Source: an uncultured Peptococcaceae bacterium
GTDB taxonomy: Bacteria > Bacillota > Dehalobacteriia > UBA4068
Reading direction: 5' to 3'
DNA length: 58,491 bases
NCBI GenBank assembly: GCA_964368605.1
Contig: CAYJBP010000002.1
Span: 1 to 58,491 of the forward strand
Shown one piece after another: positions 8,721-18,488 of this stretch. The position numbers and the translations under genes are program-made. Positions within the stretch are counted from its first letter, which is position 1; the number at the start of each line of letters is the position of its first letter. The notes under the pieces are model-generated. The model was not told the origin of the DNA. It did no database searches and saw only the letters and a list, made by a program, of their open reading frames with translations.

Positions 8721-9830
8721 ATGAAAAAACAATTTTTAGTTCTATTAACGGTATTGCTCAGTTTTTGTTTTGCCGCCTGCACAGCCGAAGAGTTGCCTGC
8801 GCCGCAAACCGAGGAGCCGGGTCAAGAAAGCCAAAGTGTAGCTGCCGCGCCGGCTGAATCTAAGCCGATAATTGTGGCATCGGCCTTTCATGAATATGAT
8901 TGGTTGATGCAAGTTTTGGGCGAAAAAGAGGCCGATTTTGAGGTTGAGTTATTGATGGAAAATGGCGTGGATATGCATAGTTTCGAGCCGAGCATGGAGG
9001 AGATTGTGCTGATTTCTAAGGCCGATATTTTAATTTATAATGGTGGACTGTCTCAGGATTGGTTAGGCGATTTGCTTGCTCAATCAGCTACTGATGAGAT
9101 GATAATTATCAATATGATGGAGCGCTTGGGCGATAGTGTGCAGCATGAAGTGCTGGTAGAGGGCATGCAGGCCGATGCCCATGCCCATGCTCATGATGAA
9201 GATGCTCATAATCATGATGAAGGTACACATGCTCATAATGAAGATGCTCATAATCATGATGATGACTCCCATGACCATGCCGATGATGCCCATGCCGATG
9301 AACATATCTGGTTATCTTTAAATAATGCAATTGCCGCTTGCGGCATTATTGCCGATGAGCTGGCTGTACTTGATCCGGAAAATGCAATACTGTATCAGGA
9401 AAATGCTCAAGCCTATCAAGCCGCCTTGCAGGCCTTGGATCAGAGCTTTGAAGCCGCCATTGCTGCCGCCCCACGTGATACCTTAGTTTTTGCCGATCGC
9501 TTTCCTTTTCTTTATTTGATGGGCGATTATCAGATTAATTATTATGCCGCCTTTCAGGGCTGCTCGGCCGAAACCGAGGCCACCTTTGAAACTATTGCCT
9601 TTTTAAGCGATAAGGTTAATCAGCTCGATCTTAATCAGCTTTTAATTTTAGATAATGGCCTGCATGAATTGGCGCAAGCTGTTATTGATAATAGTAATAA
9701 TGAGGGGGTAGCGGTGGCCGAACTTCATGCTATGCAATCGATTACCGCCGCCGAAGTGGCCGACGGTGCCAGCTATTATTCGATTATGGAAAGCAATTTG
9801 CAAATTTTAACAGCTGCCTTGGCAGAATAA
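8721..9830 (+). CDS. znuA: Metal (zinc-type) ABC transporter substrate-binding lipoprotein with a His/Asp-rich loop
   Basis: Lipobox 'FCFAAC', ZnuA/AdcA-like core ('DEHIWLS'), long loop 'HAHAHDEDAHNHDEGTHAHNEDAHNHDDDSHDH'. Confidence 0.8.
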   Translation: MKKQFLVLLTVLLSFCFAACTAEELPAPQTEEPGQESQSVAAAPAESKPIIVASAFHEYDWLMQVLGEKEADFEVELLMENGVDMHSFEPSMEEIVLISKADILIYNGGLSQDWLGDLLAQSATDEMIIINMMERLGDSVQHEVLVEGMQADAHAHAHDEDAHNHDEGTHAHNEDAHNHDDDSHDHADDAHADEHIWLSLNNAIAACGIIADELAVLDPENAILYQENAQAYQAALQALDQSFEAAIAAAPRDTLVFADRFPFLYLMGDYQINYYAAFQGCSAETEATFETIAFLSDKVNQLDLNQLLILDNGLHELAQAVIDNSNNEGVAVAELHAMQSITAAEVADGASYYSIMESNLQILTAALAE

Positions 9831-9842
9831 GGTTTTATACAA

Positions 9843-9888
9843 AAGAGGTTGCCGCCAATATAAATTAGCAGCAACCTCTTTTTTTATT
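9843..9888 (+). terminator. Rho-independent terminator after znuA
   Basis: Stem agaggttgc / gcaacctct followed by tttttttatttt. Confidence 0.6.
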
Positions 9889-9935
9889 TTTGTACAAAGA
9901 CTTAAGCTATGCAGTTGGCTATAGCTTGCAACCGC

Positions 9936-11114
9936 CTATAATAATTCTTTTTTTACTTCGGCAAAGCAATGTAGGGCATGGTCTAAATCGGCTTTACTAT
10001 GGCCGGCGGAAATTTGGGTGCGAATTCTGGCTTTACCTTGTGGCACAACCGGATAGGAAAAACCAACCACATAAACCCCTTTTTTTAGCATCTCGGCCGC
10101 AAATTGAGCCGCTAATTTGGCATCATAAAGCATAACCGCAATAATCGGATGCTCGCCCGGCAAAACATCAAAGCCGATATCGGCTAATTTATTACGGAAA
10201 TAGGCAGTATTATCATGTAATTTATCCCTTAATTCGGTGCTTTCTTTAAGCATTTTAAATACCTGAATCGACGCAGCTGCAATAGCAGGTGCTAAGGTAT
10301 TCGAGAAAAGATAAGGGCGGCTACGCTGGCGCAATAACTCAATAATTTCCTTGCGAGCCGAAGTATAGCCGCCGGAAGCACCGCCTAAAGCCTTGCCTAG
10401 GGTGCCGGTGATAATATCAACACGATCCATCACCTGGCAATGCTCATGCGTGCCACGGCCGCCTTTGCCCATAAAGCCTACGGCATGGCTATCATCAACC
10501 ATAACTAAGGCATCATATTCATCGGCTAAATCACAAATCGCTTTTAGGTTGGCTATATAACCATCCATCGAAAATACACCGTCGGTGGCGATTAATTTAA
10601 TCGGGGCATCTTTGGCTTCTTCCAACTTAGCCCGTAAATCAACCATATCATTATTATTATAGCGATACTTACGCGCCTTGCAAAGCCGTACACCATCAAT
10701 AATACTGGCATGATTTAATTGATCGGATATAACCGCATCTTCCGGCCCTAAAATGGTCTCGAATAAGCCGCCATTGGCATCGAAACAAGAAGAGTATAAA
10801 ATAGTATCTTCCATGCCTAAAAAATCGCTGATTGTAGCCTCTAAATCCTTATGCAATTGCTGCGTACCGCAAATAAAACGCACCGAAGAAAGGCCAAATC
10901 CCCAGCTATCATACGATGCCTTGGCGGCATCAATTAAGCGGCTATCATTGGCTAAACCCAGATAATTATTAGCACACATATTGATTACTTGCTTTGCTTG
11001 GGTAGTATCGATAATGTTTTTTTGGGCACCGGTAATAATCCGTTCGCTTTTATATAAGCCGGCCTCTTTGATATCGTCGATAATAGTTTGATATTTAGAT
11101 AAAGCAGTTTTCAT
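9936..11114 (-). CDS. kbl: Glycine C-acetyltransferase (2-amino-3-ketobutyrate CoA ligase)
   Basis: Alpha-oxoamine synthase family, PLP-Lys region '[14 protein letters not shown]'. Directly downstream of tdh. RBS GAGGAGAA. Confidence 0.9.
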   Translation of the reverse strand: MKTALSKYQTIIDDIKEAGLYKSERIITGAQKNIIDTTQAKQVINMCANNYLGLANDSRLIDAAKASYDSWGFGLSSVRFICGTQQLHKDLEATISDFLGMEDTILYSSCFDANGGLFETILGPEDAVISDQLNHASIIDGVRLCKARKYRYNNNDMVDLRAKLEEAKDAPIKLIATDGVFSMDGYIANLKAICDLADEYDALVMVDDSHAVGFMGKGGRGTHEHCQVMDRVDIITGTLGKALGGASGGYTSARKEIIELLRQRSRPYLFSNTLAPAIAAASIQVFKMLKESTELRDKLHDNTAYFRNKLADIGFDVLPGEHPIIAVMLYDAKLAAQFAAEMLKKGVYVVGFSYPVVPQGKARIRTQISAGHSKADLDHALHCFAEVKKELL

Positions 11115-11129
11115 ATAAGTTCTCCTCGT

Positions 11130-12173
11130 TTATAGATTTTGCCAATCGAGCACTACTTTGCCGGAATTGCCGCTATTCATGGCTGCAAAACCTTGCTCAA
11201 AATCGGTAGCCTTAAAGCGATGGGTAATAACAGGGTCGATATTAAGGCCGCTTTCCAGCATGGCGCTCATCTTATACCAGGTTTCGAACATTTCTCTGCC
11301 ATAAATACCTTTTAAGGTTAGGCCATTGAGAATAATTTTATTCCAGTTAACCTTAGTATCGGCACTAATAAAGCCAAGTAAAGATATTTTACCATAATTG
11401 GCCATATTGTCGATCATTTGATTAAAGGCCGGAGCAGCGCCGGACATTTCTAGGCCGATATCAAAGCCTTCCTTCATGCCTAAATCGTCCATTACGTCGC
11501 TAAGCCTATCTTTAGCTACATTAACAGCACGGCTAGCACCCATTTGCTTGGCTAAATCCAGGCGATAATCATTAACATCGGTAATAACTACATGCCTAGC
11601 GCCCACATGACGGCAAATAGCGGCAGCCATAATGCCAATGGGGCCGGCGCCGGTAATCAAAACATCTTCGCCGACTAAGTCGAAGCTTAAAGCGGTATGC
11701 ACGGCATTACCCAAAGGATCGAAGCAGGAAATAACATCATCGGAAATTTCCGGGCTGCAACGCCAAACATTGGTATAAGGAATAGCCAAATACTGAGCAA
11801 AAGCGCCATCACGATTTACGCCAACCCCCGAAGTATTGGGGCAATAATGACGGCGGCCTGCTAGGCAGTTACGACATTCGCCGCAAACAATATGCCCCTC
11901 GCCGGATACTCTTTCGCCAATTTTAAAGCCTTGCACATTGCTGCCTAAGGCCGCAATTTCGCCCACAAATTCATGGCCAATAGTAAGCGAAGGCTTAATA
12001 ACCTTTTGTGCCCATTCGTCCCAGTTATAAATATGGACATCGGTGCCGCAAATCGAGGTTTTGGTAATCTTAACCAATACCTCATTGGCCGAAATAGTAG
12101 GTATCGGCACTTCTTTGATAACTAAACCCGGTTGTGCTTTGTCTTTAACAAAGGCAATCATTGTTTTTTGCAT
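11130..12173 (-). CDS. tdh: L-threonine 3-dehydrogenase
   Basis: Zn-dependent MDR family ('CGTDVHIY', 'GHEFVGE', 'CGECRNC', 'GAGPIG'). The start was moved to the ATG at 12173, preceded by AAAGGAGAA. Confidence 0.9.
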   Translation of the reverse strand: MQKTMIAFVKDKAQPGLVIKEVPIPTISANEVLVKITKTSICGTDVHIYNWDEWAQKVIKPSLTIGHEFVGEIAALGSNVQGFKIGERVSGEGHIVCGECRNCLAGRRHYCPNTSGVGVNRDGAFAQYLAIPYTNVWRCSPEISDDVISCFDPLGNAVHTALSFDLVGEDVLITGAGPIGIMAAAICRHVGARHVVITDVNDYRLDLAKQMGASRAVNVAKDRLSDVMDDLGMKEGFDIGLEMSGAAPAFNQMIDNMANYGKISLLGFISADTKVNWNKIILNGLTLKGIYGREMFETWYKMSAMLESGLNIDPVITHRFKATDFEQGFAAMNSGNSGKVVLDWQNL

Positions 12174-12304
12174 AGTTTCTCCTTTCGATTTTAGCAAAAT
12201 AAATTCTAAAACAGCTTAACAATTGATACTTTAATTCTATTATAACTTATTTATCAAAAAATACAATAATTAAATAGCAAAAGATATAAAAAAAGACCCA
12301 ACTT

Positions 12305-13318
12305 TTAAGTAAGAGTCTTTTTAAGGGCATTATATAAGATATTTTCGATCTCGTTCAGCGATAAATCTAATTCATGTGCTAAGCTGTTTAAATCTTGCTG
12401 ATCAAAATCATAATGCTCTATGCCAAAACCATAATTTTTTATTACAGATAATTGGCCATAGGGGCTATCAATAAGTAAATTTTGCTGCTTTAAGTTATAG
12501 CGCTCAATTATTTGTTCGTCTAGGCTTAAAATATTACTATGCTTAAAGATTATATCAATAATTCGCAATTTTTGGGGCAGGGCACAAATACAAATTAATA
12601 ATTGGCCACCGGCTTGATTAGGTGTATTAATATATTGGGTATAGGCCTCTATTGCCTCATTAGCTAATAGTTCGGTGAGCAAAAAGTTGATCTTGGCAGG
12701 TGTTATATCGGTAATTACAGAGCTTAACTTAATTAGTTGGCGGCTATTTAGCTTTAATTCGCCAAGATGGGCTAAGATATGATTATTGTGGCTAAAACCA
12801 TAGCCGCTTTTAAATATTTGCATCGGCGGCCGATAATCATATTGGTCTATATAATATTTTAAAATAGCATCTGTTATATGCTCGGTTATGCCATTTGGAG
12901 TATGGGCAATAACTTTTTGGGGCTCTAAATGGGTAAATAAATAACAGTTAATCATGATAATGGCTAATTCTTGCTGCTCGATTAAATGGGGATTAGCAGT
13001 TGAAAGCAAGCTGTTTTTTTCGAATAAAATATGCAGCACTGCCCAAATATCATCTTTAAGCGCAGGGTTTAAAGGATTTAATATAAGGCTGATTTGCTCT
13101 AGATTAAAAGTATTTTGAGGATTGGCTACTTTAATATTTAAAATACGGCCGTTTAAATCCTCTTTTTGTTCTAAATAGCTGTTTATTAGCAGATTTGGCA
13201 AAAGAGCCTGTATATTTGCTAAAACCTGCTGTGGGGCAGGGTAAAGCTCCAATAAAGAAGCGGCCAGCATATCGCCGGTTGCTTCTTTATTGGAGCAATC
13301 TAAATAAATAATAGCCAT
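12305..13318 (-). CDS. LarC-like (DUF111-type) protein, degenerate
   Basis: N-terminus 'IIYLDCSNKEATGDMLAASLLEL' resembles the LarC signature 'LYLDxFSGISGDM..GALLDLG'. Also 'SGYGFS' and a C-terminal domain pattern. His-rich and HxHE-type motifs are absent. Confidence 0.45.
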   Translation of the reverse strand: MAIIYLDCSNKEATGDMLAASLLELYPAPQQVLANIQALLPNLLINSYLEQKEDLNGRILNIKVANPQNTFNLEQISLILNPLNPALKDDIWAVLHILFEKNSLLSTANPHLIEQQELAIIMINCYLFTHLEPQKVIAHTPNGITEHITDAILKYYIDQYDYRPPMQIFKSGYGFSHNNHILAHLGELKLNSRQLIKLSSVITDITPAKINFLLTELLANEAIEAYTQYINTPNQAGGQLLICICALPQKLRIIDIIFKHSNILSLDEQIIERYNLKQQNLLIDSPYGQLSVIKNYGFGIEHYDFDQQDLNSLAHELDLSLNEIENILYNALKKTLT

Positions 13319-13425
13319 AAATTTTGCGCCCTTTCATGCAAAGATATATTTAACTCGCCACTATAACATATCCAAGGGCGGACTTTTTGGTCATTTAGCC
13401 GCAGTGTAGCTTATGCCTGCTTAAC

Positions 13426-14298
13426 CTAACGCTCGCTACCGATATAAAATACTGCAATTGTGCCTTGGCCGGTATGTGCACCGATAACCGGGCCAATTGG
13501 GCAGCAAAGAATATCTTTAACCTTTAGGCGCTCTTTAATTTGGCTAATCAAAAATTCGGCGCTGCTATCGGTATCGGCATGGCTGATAAAGATGATTTGA
13601 TTTTCGATATCTACACCATTTTGCTCTAATTTATCTACTAAGGCAGAAAGTGCCTTTTTGGTGCTTCTTACTTTTTCTCTGGGGACTAAGCGGCCTTCAT
13701 TGTTTATATGGATTAAAGGCTTAATATTTAGCAAAGACCCGGCAAAGGCACTAATACCCGAGCAACGGCCACCACGATGTAAATGCTCTAAATCGTCCAC
13801 CGCTACCCAATGATTTACCTTTAGCTTAATATCTTCTACCCAAAGGGCAATTTCGTCCATTGATTTGCCTTGATTTTTCATCTCGACGGCATAGTGCAGA
13901 ATTAGTCCCTGACCCAAAGATGCCGATAAGGTATCGATATTGATAATTTTAGCCTCGGGATTGGCTGCCATAATTTCCTTGGCGGCTAAAACCCCGGCAT
14001 TAAAAGTGCCCGATAAACCCGACGAAAATCCGATATGCAAAATATCTTGGCCGGCATCGGTAATTTCCTGGAACTTTTCCATAAAATCGGCAGGGCTAAC
14101 CTGTGAAGTAGAAGCTTTTTCGCCGGCTTTAATCCGCCTAAAAAACTCTTTATAGTCCATATCGCGGCCATCTAAATGATTAACATAATTTTCTTCGCCA
14201 ATATGAAAGGTAAGGGGGGCAATAATCAATCCCATATCATCTGCCATCTTAGCAGGTAAATCGCAGGTGCTTTCGGTTACAATTACAAAATCTCGCAT
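13426..14298 (-). CDS. DegV-family fatty-acid-binding protein
   Basis: Typical DegV N-terminus 'FVIVTESTCDLP', 'STSQVSP', 'IGFSSGLSGT'. Confidence 0.9.
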   Translation of the reverse strand: MRDFVIVTESTCDLPAKMADDMGLIIAPLTFHIGEENYVNHLDGRDMDYKEFFRRIKAGEKASTSQVSPADFMEKFQEITDAGQDILHIGFSSGLSGTFNAGVLAAKEIMAANPEAKIINIDTLSASLGQGLILHYAVEMKNQGKSMDEIALWVEDIKLKVNHWVAVDDLEHLHRGGRCSGISAFAGSLLNIKPLIHINNEGRLVPREKVRSTKKALSALVDKLEQNGVDIENQIIFISHADTDSSAEFLISQIKERLKVKDILCCPIGPVIGAHTGQGTIAVFYIGSER

Positions 14299-14338
14299 AA
14301 TTCCTCCTTATATTTAAAAACTTAAATAGAAAACTGTA

Positions 14339-14884
14339 TTAAAAAAATTGTTTAACACCAATAAAAATTAATATAGCCCCGGCAATAAGCAGGGCTTTTG
14401 GGCCTAAAATCTTAGCCATTAAGCGCCCGGCTAGGCCACCGCCTAAGGCCAAAATAAAAGCGGTAAGGCCAATAATTATAGCCGCCAAATTAATATTTAT
14501 TTGCCAAAAGGCCAGGCTAAGGCCAATAGCTAGGGCATCGATACTGGTAATAAAGGCTAAAATTAATAGCTTGCTTAAATTAAGCAGCGGTGGTGTATAG
14601 ATAGTTAGCGGGGTTTTTAGGGCTTCGGTAATCATTTTAAGCCCCAGGATGGTCATAATTAGCAAAATAAGCCAAGATTTAAAGGCCATAAAGGCTGTAC
14701 TAAAAGTTTGGCCAAAAAACCAGCCGCTAAGGGTCATCATATATTGAAATAAACCGCATAATATGGCCATTAATAAGGCCGCCTGCTTAGAAAATTTAGG
14801 ATTTGCACCGCAGGCCATCGCCGCTGCCGCGGCATCTAAGGCTAAGGAAATGGCAATAATTAAGATAATTAAAATAGGCAACAC
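14339..14884 (-). CDS. mntP: Manganese efflux pump MntP family
   Basis: Six-TM 181-aa protein. 'LALDAAAAAMACGANPKFSKQAAL' aligns with the MntP N-terminal 'SMDAFAASIGKG...KFSEAL'. Second 'SIDALAIGLSLAF' half-repeat. GTG start. Confidence 0.8.
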   Translation of the reverse strand: MLPILIILIIAISLALDAAAAAMACGANPKFSKQAALLMAILCGLFQYMMTLSGWFFGQTFSTAFMAFKSWLILLIMTILGLKMITEALKTPLTIYTPPLLNLSKLLILAFITSIDALAIGLSLAFWQININLAAIIIGLTAFILALGGGLAGRLMAKILGPKALLIAGAILIFIGVKQFF

Positions 14885-14923
14885 CTCGGTTTAGCTTATA
14901 TATAATTATAAGCTAAACCGAGG
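14884..14923 (-). terminator. 17-bp perfect hairpin between the upstream membrane-protein gene and mntP, overlapping the mntP SD and start
   Basis: cctcggtttagcttata-tataat-tataagctaaaccgagg. The U-tract on the minus strand is weak (tgttgcctatttta). Confidence 0.45.
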
Positions 14924-14931
14924 CAAATATG

Positions 14932-15468
14932 CTAAGACCTTTTAAAATAAATACGATCGGCCGCAATTTGCAAAGGTTTATAAATGGGGATAACAATAAT
15001 AGCCGCCATAATTACTTGGCTAATATTGGGCATAATCGAAACCACAGGGGCTAACCAATTGCCATAAATGATAGCTTCGGCAATATAATAGCCGGTAACT
15101 TTAATTACAGTTAGAGCAAGTAAGGCCAGCATAATAGCCAAAAATGTTTGCTTTTTAGCAATAAGGCCAATCACATAGCCGCTAATTAGGCCAATAATTA
15201 AGGTAGAAGGGGCCCAAATAATATAGGGCGATAATAAATCAAATAAAGCCATGCCAACCCCGCCGGAAATAGCGCCTACCCTAGGGCCAAAGATGATGGC
15301 GGCAATTATCATCGGTACATTGCCTAAATGAACCAAACCACCGGGTAAACCGATAGGGTTGATACTGATTAAAGTAAATAGATAGACCAAAACAATAAAT
15401 AATGAGCTTAAAACCATTTCCTGATTACGGGATAAACTATGAGAATTACAAACTAAGTTCTGAGGCAT
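14932..15468 (-). CDS. Small polytopic membrane protein resembling an ECF-transporter S component
   Basis: 178 aa, about 5-6 TM, 'GGLVHLGNVPMIIAAIIFGPRVGAISGG' pattern. RBS AAGGAG. Substrate unknown. Confidence 0.4.
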   Translation of the reverse strand: MPQNLVCNSHSLSRNQEMVLSSLFIVLVYLFTLISINPIGLPGGLVHLGNVPMIIAAIIFGPRVGAISGGVGMALFDLLSPYIIWAPSTLIIGLISGYVIGLIAKKQTFLAIMLALLALTVIKVTGYYIAEAIIYGNWLAPVVSIMPNISQVIMAAIIVIPIYKPLQIAADRIYFKRS

Positions 15469-15492
15469 TTTTTAACTCCTTTAATTGGTTTT

Positions 15493-16053
15493 TTAAGATA
15501 AGGGCAGATTTTGACCCAGCTTAGTAGCCTCGGCTACGGCCGGATGGAATTGGGCTTCGCCTTGCTCGGCTAGGCCAATGGCGATAATTTCTCCTAAATT
15601 ATCTAAAGCCAAATAGTCGCAGATTAAACCATAATGGCCAATAATGCTGTCGGTAATAAATTCATCCTGATTAGCTGCCGTACAGATAAGGCCTAAATAT
15701 TTTAACTTTGCATTGGCACCTTCTCTATCGCGCTTAAAATGGGGCTTAGCATAAAGGCGATCAATAGCCAATTTTAGCTGGGCACTAAAGCCAAAATAAT
15801 ATAAAGGTGTGGCCAAAACCAAGGCCTCGCTTTGCTCTAGGGCTTGGTATATTTGCTGCATATCATCATTTTGGCAACAATTATCATTATTACGGCAATA
15901 ATCGCAGGCCGTACATGGGTTGATTTTAAGCTTGGCTAAATCAAAAATCTTAACTTGATGCCCGGCCGATATTGCCCCTGCCGCAAAGGCATCGGCTAAA
16001 AAACGGCTATTAGATGCCGGCCTTGGGCTTGAACTTAAAAGGGTTATTTGCAT
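15493..16053 (-). CDS. NADPH-dependent FMN reductase / iron-sulfur flavoprotein family
   Basis: 'ITLLSSSPRPASNS', Cys cluster 'CTACDYC', 'LVLATPLYYF'. Confidence 0.75.
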   Translation of the reverse strand: MQITLLSSSPRPASNSRFLADAFAAGAISAGHQVKIFDLAKLKINPCTACDYCRNNDNCCQNDDMQQIYQALEQSEALVLATPLYYFGFSAQLKLAIDRLYAKPHFKRDREGANAKLKYLGLICTAANQDEFITDSIIGHYGLICDYLALDNLGEIIAIGLAEQGEAQFHPAVAEATKLGQNLPLS

Positions 16054-16065
16054 AATAAAACACTC

Positions 16066-16500
16066 CTAGTCGATTTCTAAGCGCTTATTAATATGGCGCA
16101 CAAACTCTAAAGCGCTTTTAAAGGATTGACGCTGTTTATTATCTTGCCAAACAATAGTTCCTTGCCAGGAAGTATTTTGCCTGGTAATAATACTTAATTC
16201 CAGGGTAGCTAAGGCTCCTAATTGTTCTTCTACAAAATCTTTGCTCATCAAATCGCCTTCAATTTCGGCTGCCGGTGGGCGAGAGGGCAATTCCTGCTGA
16301 GCAAAGCTGCGTCGCCTTTGAAAAGCACGTGGAAAATTTTGTTTATCCAAAAGCGCATCAATCATCAGAATGAAATTAAGTAAGTCGTCAAAAATAAGCG
16401 TATTTTCTAAACGCTGGCCAAAAACACGTCCACCGATTTGGCCATTATTATTTTTATCAATACAAATACGCAAAACCGCATTAACATGATTTAATTTCAT
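16066..16500 (-). CDS. Hypothetical protein (144 aa), co-transcribed after pilT
   Basis: RBS GAGAGG. 19-nt gap from the pilT stop and 12-nt gap to the next gene. No recognisable motif. Confidence 0.5.
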   Translation of the reverse strand: MKLNHVNAVLRICIDKNNNGQIGGRVFGQRLENTLIFDDLLNFILMIDALLDKQNFPRAFQRRRSFAQQELPSRPPAAEIEGDLMSKDFVEEQLGALATLELSIITRQNTSWQGTIVWQDNKQRQSFKSALEFVRHINKRLEID

Positions 16501-16519
16501 GATAAAAACCTCTCTAAAT

Positions 16520-17587
16520 TTAAGTGATAGAAGCTAGTCTTTTTTGCATTTGTTCGCTATTTGTGCTATGATGAACCGCCATATTAGGGGCGATAATGCC
16601 ATTTTTAACCATATTAAATAGATAAGTATCCATAGTAACCATGCCTTCGGCTGCCGAAGAATAGATAACGCTATCAATTTGATGAGCCTTTGATTCACGG
16701 ATCAGATTGCGAATAGCACTATTGGCCACCATAATCTCAAAAGCCGGCACAATGCCACCTGTTGGCTTAGGTATTAATTGCTGCGAAACCACCCCTTGCA
16801 CAACCATGGCCAACTGCACCCTGATTTGCTGCTGCTGCTGGGGCGGAAAACTATCTACAATGCGGTCGATGGTATTGGCTGCCCCAATGGTATGCAAGGT
16901 TGATATTACCAAGTGGCCGGTTTCGGCGGCGGTAATGGCGGCCTTAATTGTTTCATAATCGCGCATTTCGCCCAAAAGAATTACATCGGGCGCTTGGCGC
17001 AGCGCTGCCCTTAAGGCTTTTTCATAGCTCATGGTATCACTTGATAATTCTCTTTGCGTAACCGCACTTTTAATATGACGATGTAAATACTCGATTGGAT
17101 CTTCGATAGTGATAATATGGGCGCTGCGATTATTATTAATTTCGTTAATAAGGCAAGCTAGGGTTGTTGATTTACCGCAACCTGCCGGCCCGGTTACTAA
17201 AACCAAACCTTTATTAAAATTAGCAAAATTGATAACCGCATCGGGAATATGCAATTGCTCACGATTGGGTAATTCGAAGGATACTATTCTGATTACCGAG
17301 GCCAAAGAACCACGCTGACGCATTGTATTTACCCTAAAGCGGGAAAGGCCGGGCAAAGAAAAAGAAAAGTCATCATCGCCTTCGATTAGCAAACGCTCCA
17401 TCGAGCGATTATCGGCTAAAACATAAATCTCCTCCACTAAGGCTTGAATTGTTTCCGGCAAAAGGCGCTCGCCATCTTCTTTTAAAATCTGATTATTGGC
17501 TTTATAAGCAATCGGCAAGCCGGCAATTAGCAAAATATCTGCTGCATTATGGGCTACCGCCTGCTTAAGAATTTCCATCATGTTCAT
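16520..17587 (-). CDS. pilT: PilT-type type IV pilus ATPase (retraction-ATPase family)
   Basis: Walker A 'GPAGCGKST', 'IITIEDPIEY', 'ILLGEMRD', 'AAETGHLVISTLHT', 'AIRNLIRE'. The ATG at 17587 overlaps the upstream stop (ATGA). Confidence 0.9.
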   Translation of the reverse strand: MNMMEILKQAVAHNAADILLIAGLPIAYKANNQILKEDGERLLPETIQALVEEIYVLADNRSMERLLIEGDDDFSFSLPGLSRFRVNTMRQRGSLASVIRIVSFELPNREQLHIPDAVINFANFNKGLVLVTGPAGCGKSTTLACLINEINNNRSAHIITIEDPIEYLHRHIKSAVTQRELSSDTMSYEKALRAALRQAPDVILLGEMRDYETIKAAITAAETGHLVISTLHTIGAANTIDRIVDSFPPQQQQQIRVQLAMVVQGVVSQQLIPKPTGGIVPAFEIMVANSAIRNLIRESKAHQIDSVIYSSAAEGMVTMDTYLFNMVKNGIIAPNMAVHHSTNSEQMQKRLASIT

Positions 17588-18087
17588 AGAACGGGAATCT
17601 CCTCTCCAAGTTCTTCGGTCCATACCGGTAGCGAGTCAAAAATAATTACCTCGCCTACTTCGCTTACCATTTGCCACTGAAAAATTTGCCATCTGTTTTC
17701 CTGGTCGGGTGGTAAAAGTACCATATCTAATTGCAAATGTTGCGTATCGTTTAAAGGCAAGTCGGCATAAATAGCCAAGCCTTGCTCATAATCGCTAATA
17801 TAAATATTTTCGCCATAAGCCTCCTGCAAGGCGGCTTCTAGAGCTAAGGCATCGGGCTTTAAGCCTTCTTCCCAGCTAGCGGTTGCCGTGGCCATAATTT
17901 GATTAGCCATGCCATCAAGCTGATAGTATTCGGTAGCAGCCTGAGCTGTTTTTTGGCTAAGGCGTAAATCGGCCTGTGCCGAGGATAATGCCAAAACGGC
18001 AAAAATGGTTAAGCCTAATACCAGTAAAACGGTTAATAAGGTTACACTGCCGATGCCAAATAAAGGCGAAGCTTTTTTATCGCTCAT
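17584..18087 (-). CDS. N-terminally anchored pseudopilin/PilX-like protein (167 aa)
   Basis: Single N-terminal hydrophobic helix 'GSVTLLTVLLVLGLTIFAVLAL'. TAATG overlap with the upstream gene. RBS GGAGGTG. Confidence 0.55.
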   Translation of the reverse strand: MSDKKASPLFGIGSVTLLTVLLVLGLTIFAVLALSSAQADLRLSQKTAQAATEYYQLDGMANQIMATATASWEEGLKPDALALEAALQEAYGENIYISDYEQGLAIYADLPLNDTQHLQLDMVLLPPDQENRWQIFQWQMVSEVGEVIIFDSLPVWTEELGEEIPVL

Positions 18088-18488
18088 TATAACACCTCCG
18101 GCTTATAAATATTGGTATCTAGGGTGTAAATAATATTTTCGCCCTCTATAACTTCGATTGATAAATCATATAAATAAGGGGAATTTTGCTCAAGCGTATA
18201 GATTAAATCGAAAGTATCCGGCGAGCCCGATTTTTGCCAATCCTTATCATAATATATATGCATGGGCTCATTGGTAAACTGAATAGTTGTGGATTGGCCA
18301 AAGTTGGTTAAACTTTCGGCCACTTCTTGGGCGGCAAAAACGGCTTGATTTAGGTTTTTGCTATCCTGAATATCCTGGTAAGCAATAGCAAATAGGCTAA
18401 TACAAACCGTAGAACAAAGCACAAAAATGGTTAAGGCCAATACCACTTCGGTTAAAAAGATGGTAGAGCGAGAATTAGTACGCTTCAT
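18087..18488 (-). CDS. Pseudopilin-like protein with a degenerate class III leader (133 aa)
   Basis: 'RSTIFLTEVVLALTIFVL' resembles G/FTLxE but lacks the Gly. TAATG coupling on both sides. Confidence 0.55.
   Translation of the reverse strand: MKRTNSRSTIFLTEVVLALTIFVLCSTVCISLFAIAYQDIQDSKNLNQAVFAAQEVAESLTNFGQSTTIQFTNEPMHIYYDKDWQKSGSPDTFDLIYTLEQNSPYLYDLSIEVIEGENIIYTLDTNIYKPEVL

Noticed and set aside
9084-9330. Two overlapping 73-aa minus-strand ORFs rich in His/Met/Ile (9084..9305 and 9109..9330)
   Set aside because: They are antisense to the His/Asp-rich loop of znuA. Repeated CAT/GAT codons read as ATG/ATC on the other strand. Neither has an RBS, and both lie entirely within a well-supported gene.
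14885-14931. Expected yybP-ykoY (Mn) riboswitch upstream of mntP
   Set aside because: The intergenic space is only 47 nt and is occupied by a single perfect hairpin, which is too short for the four-way-junction aptamer.
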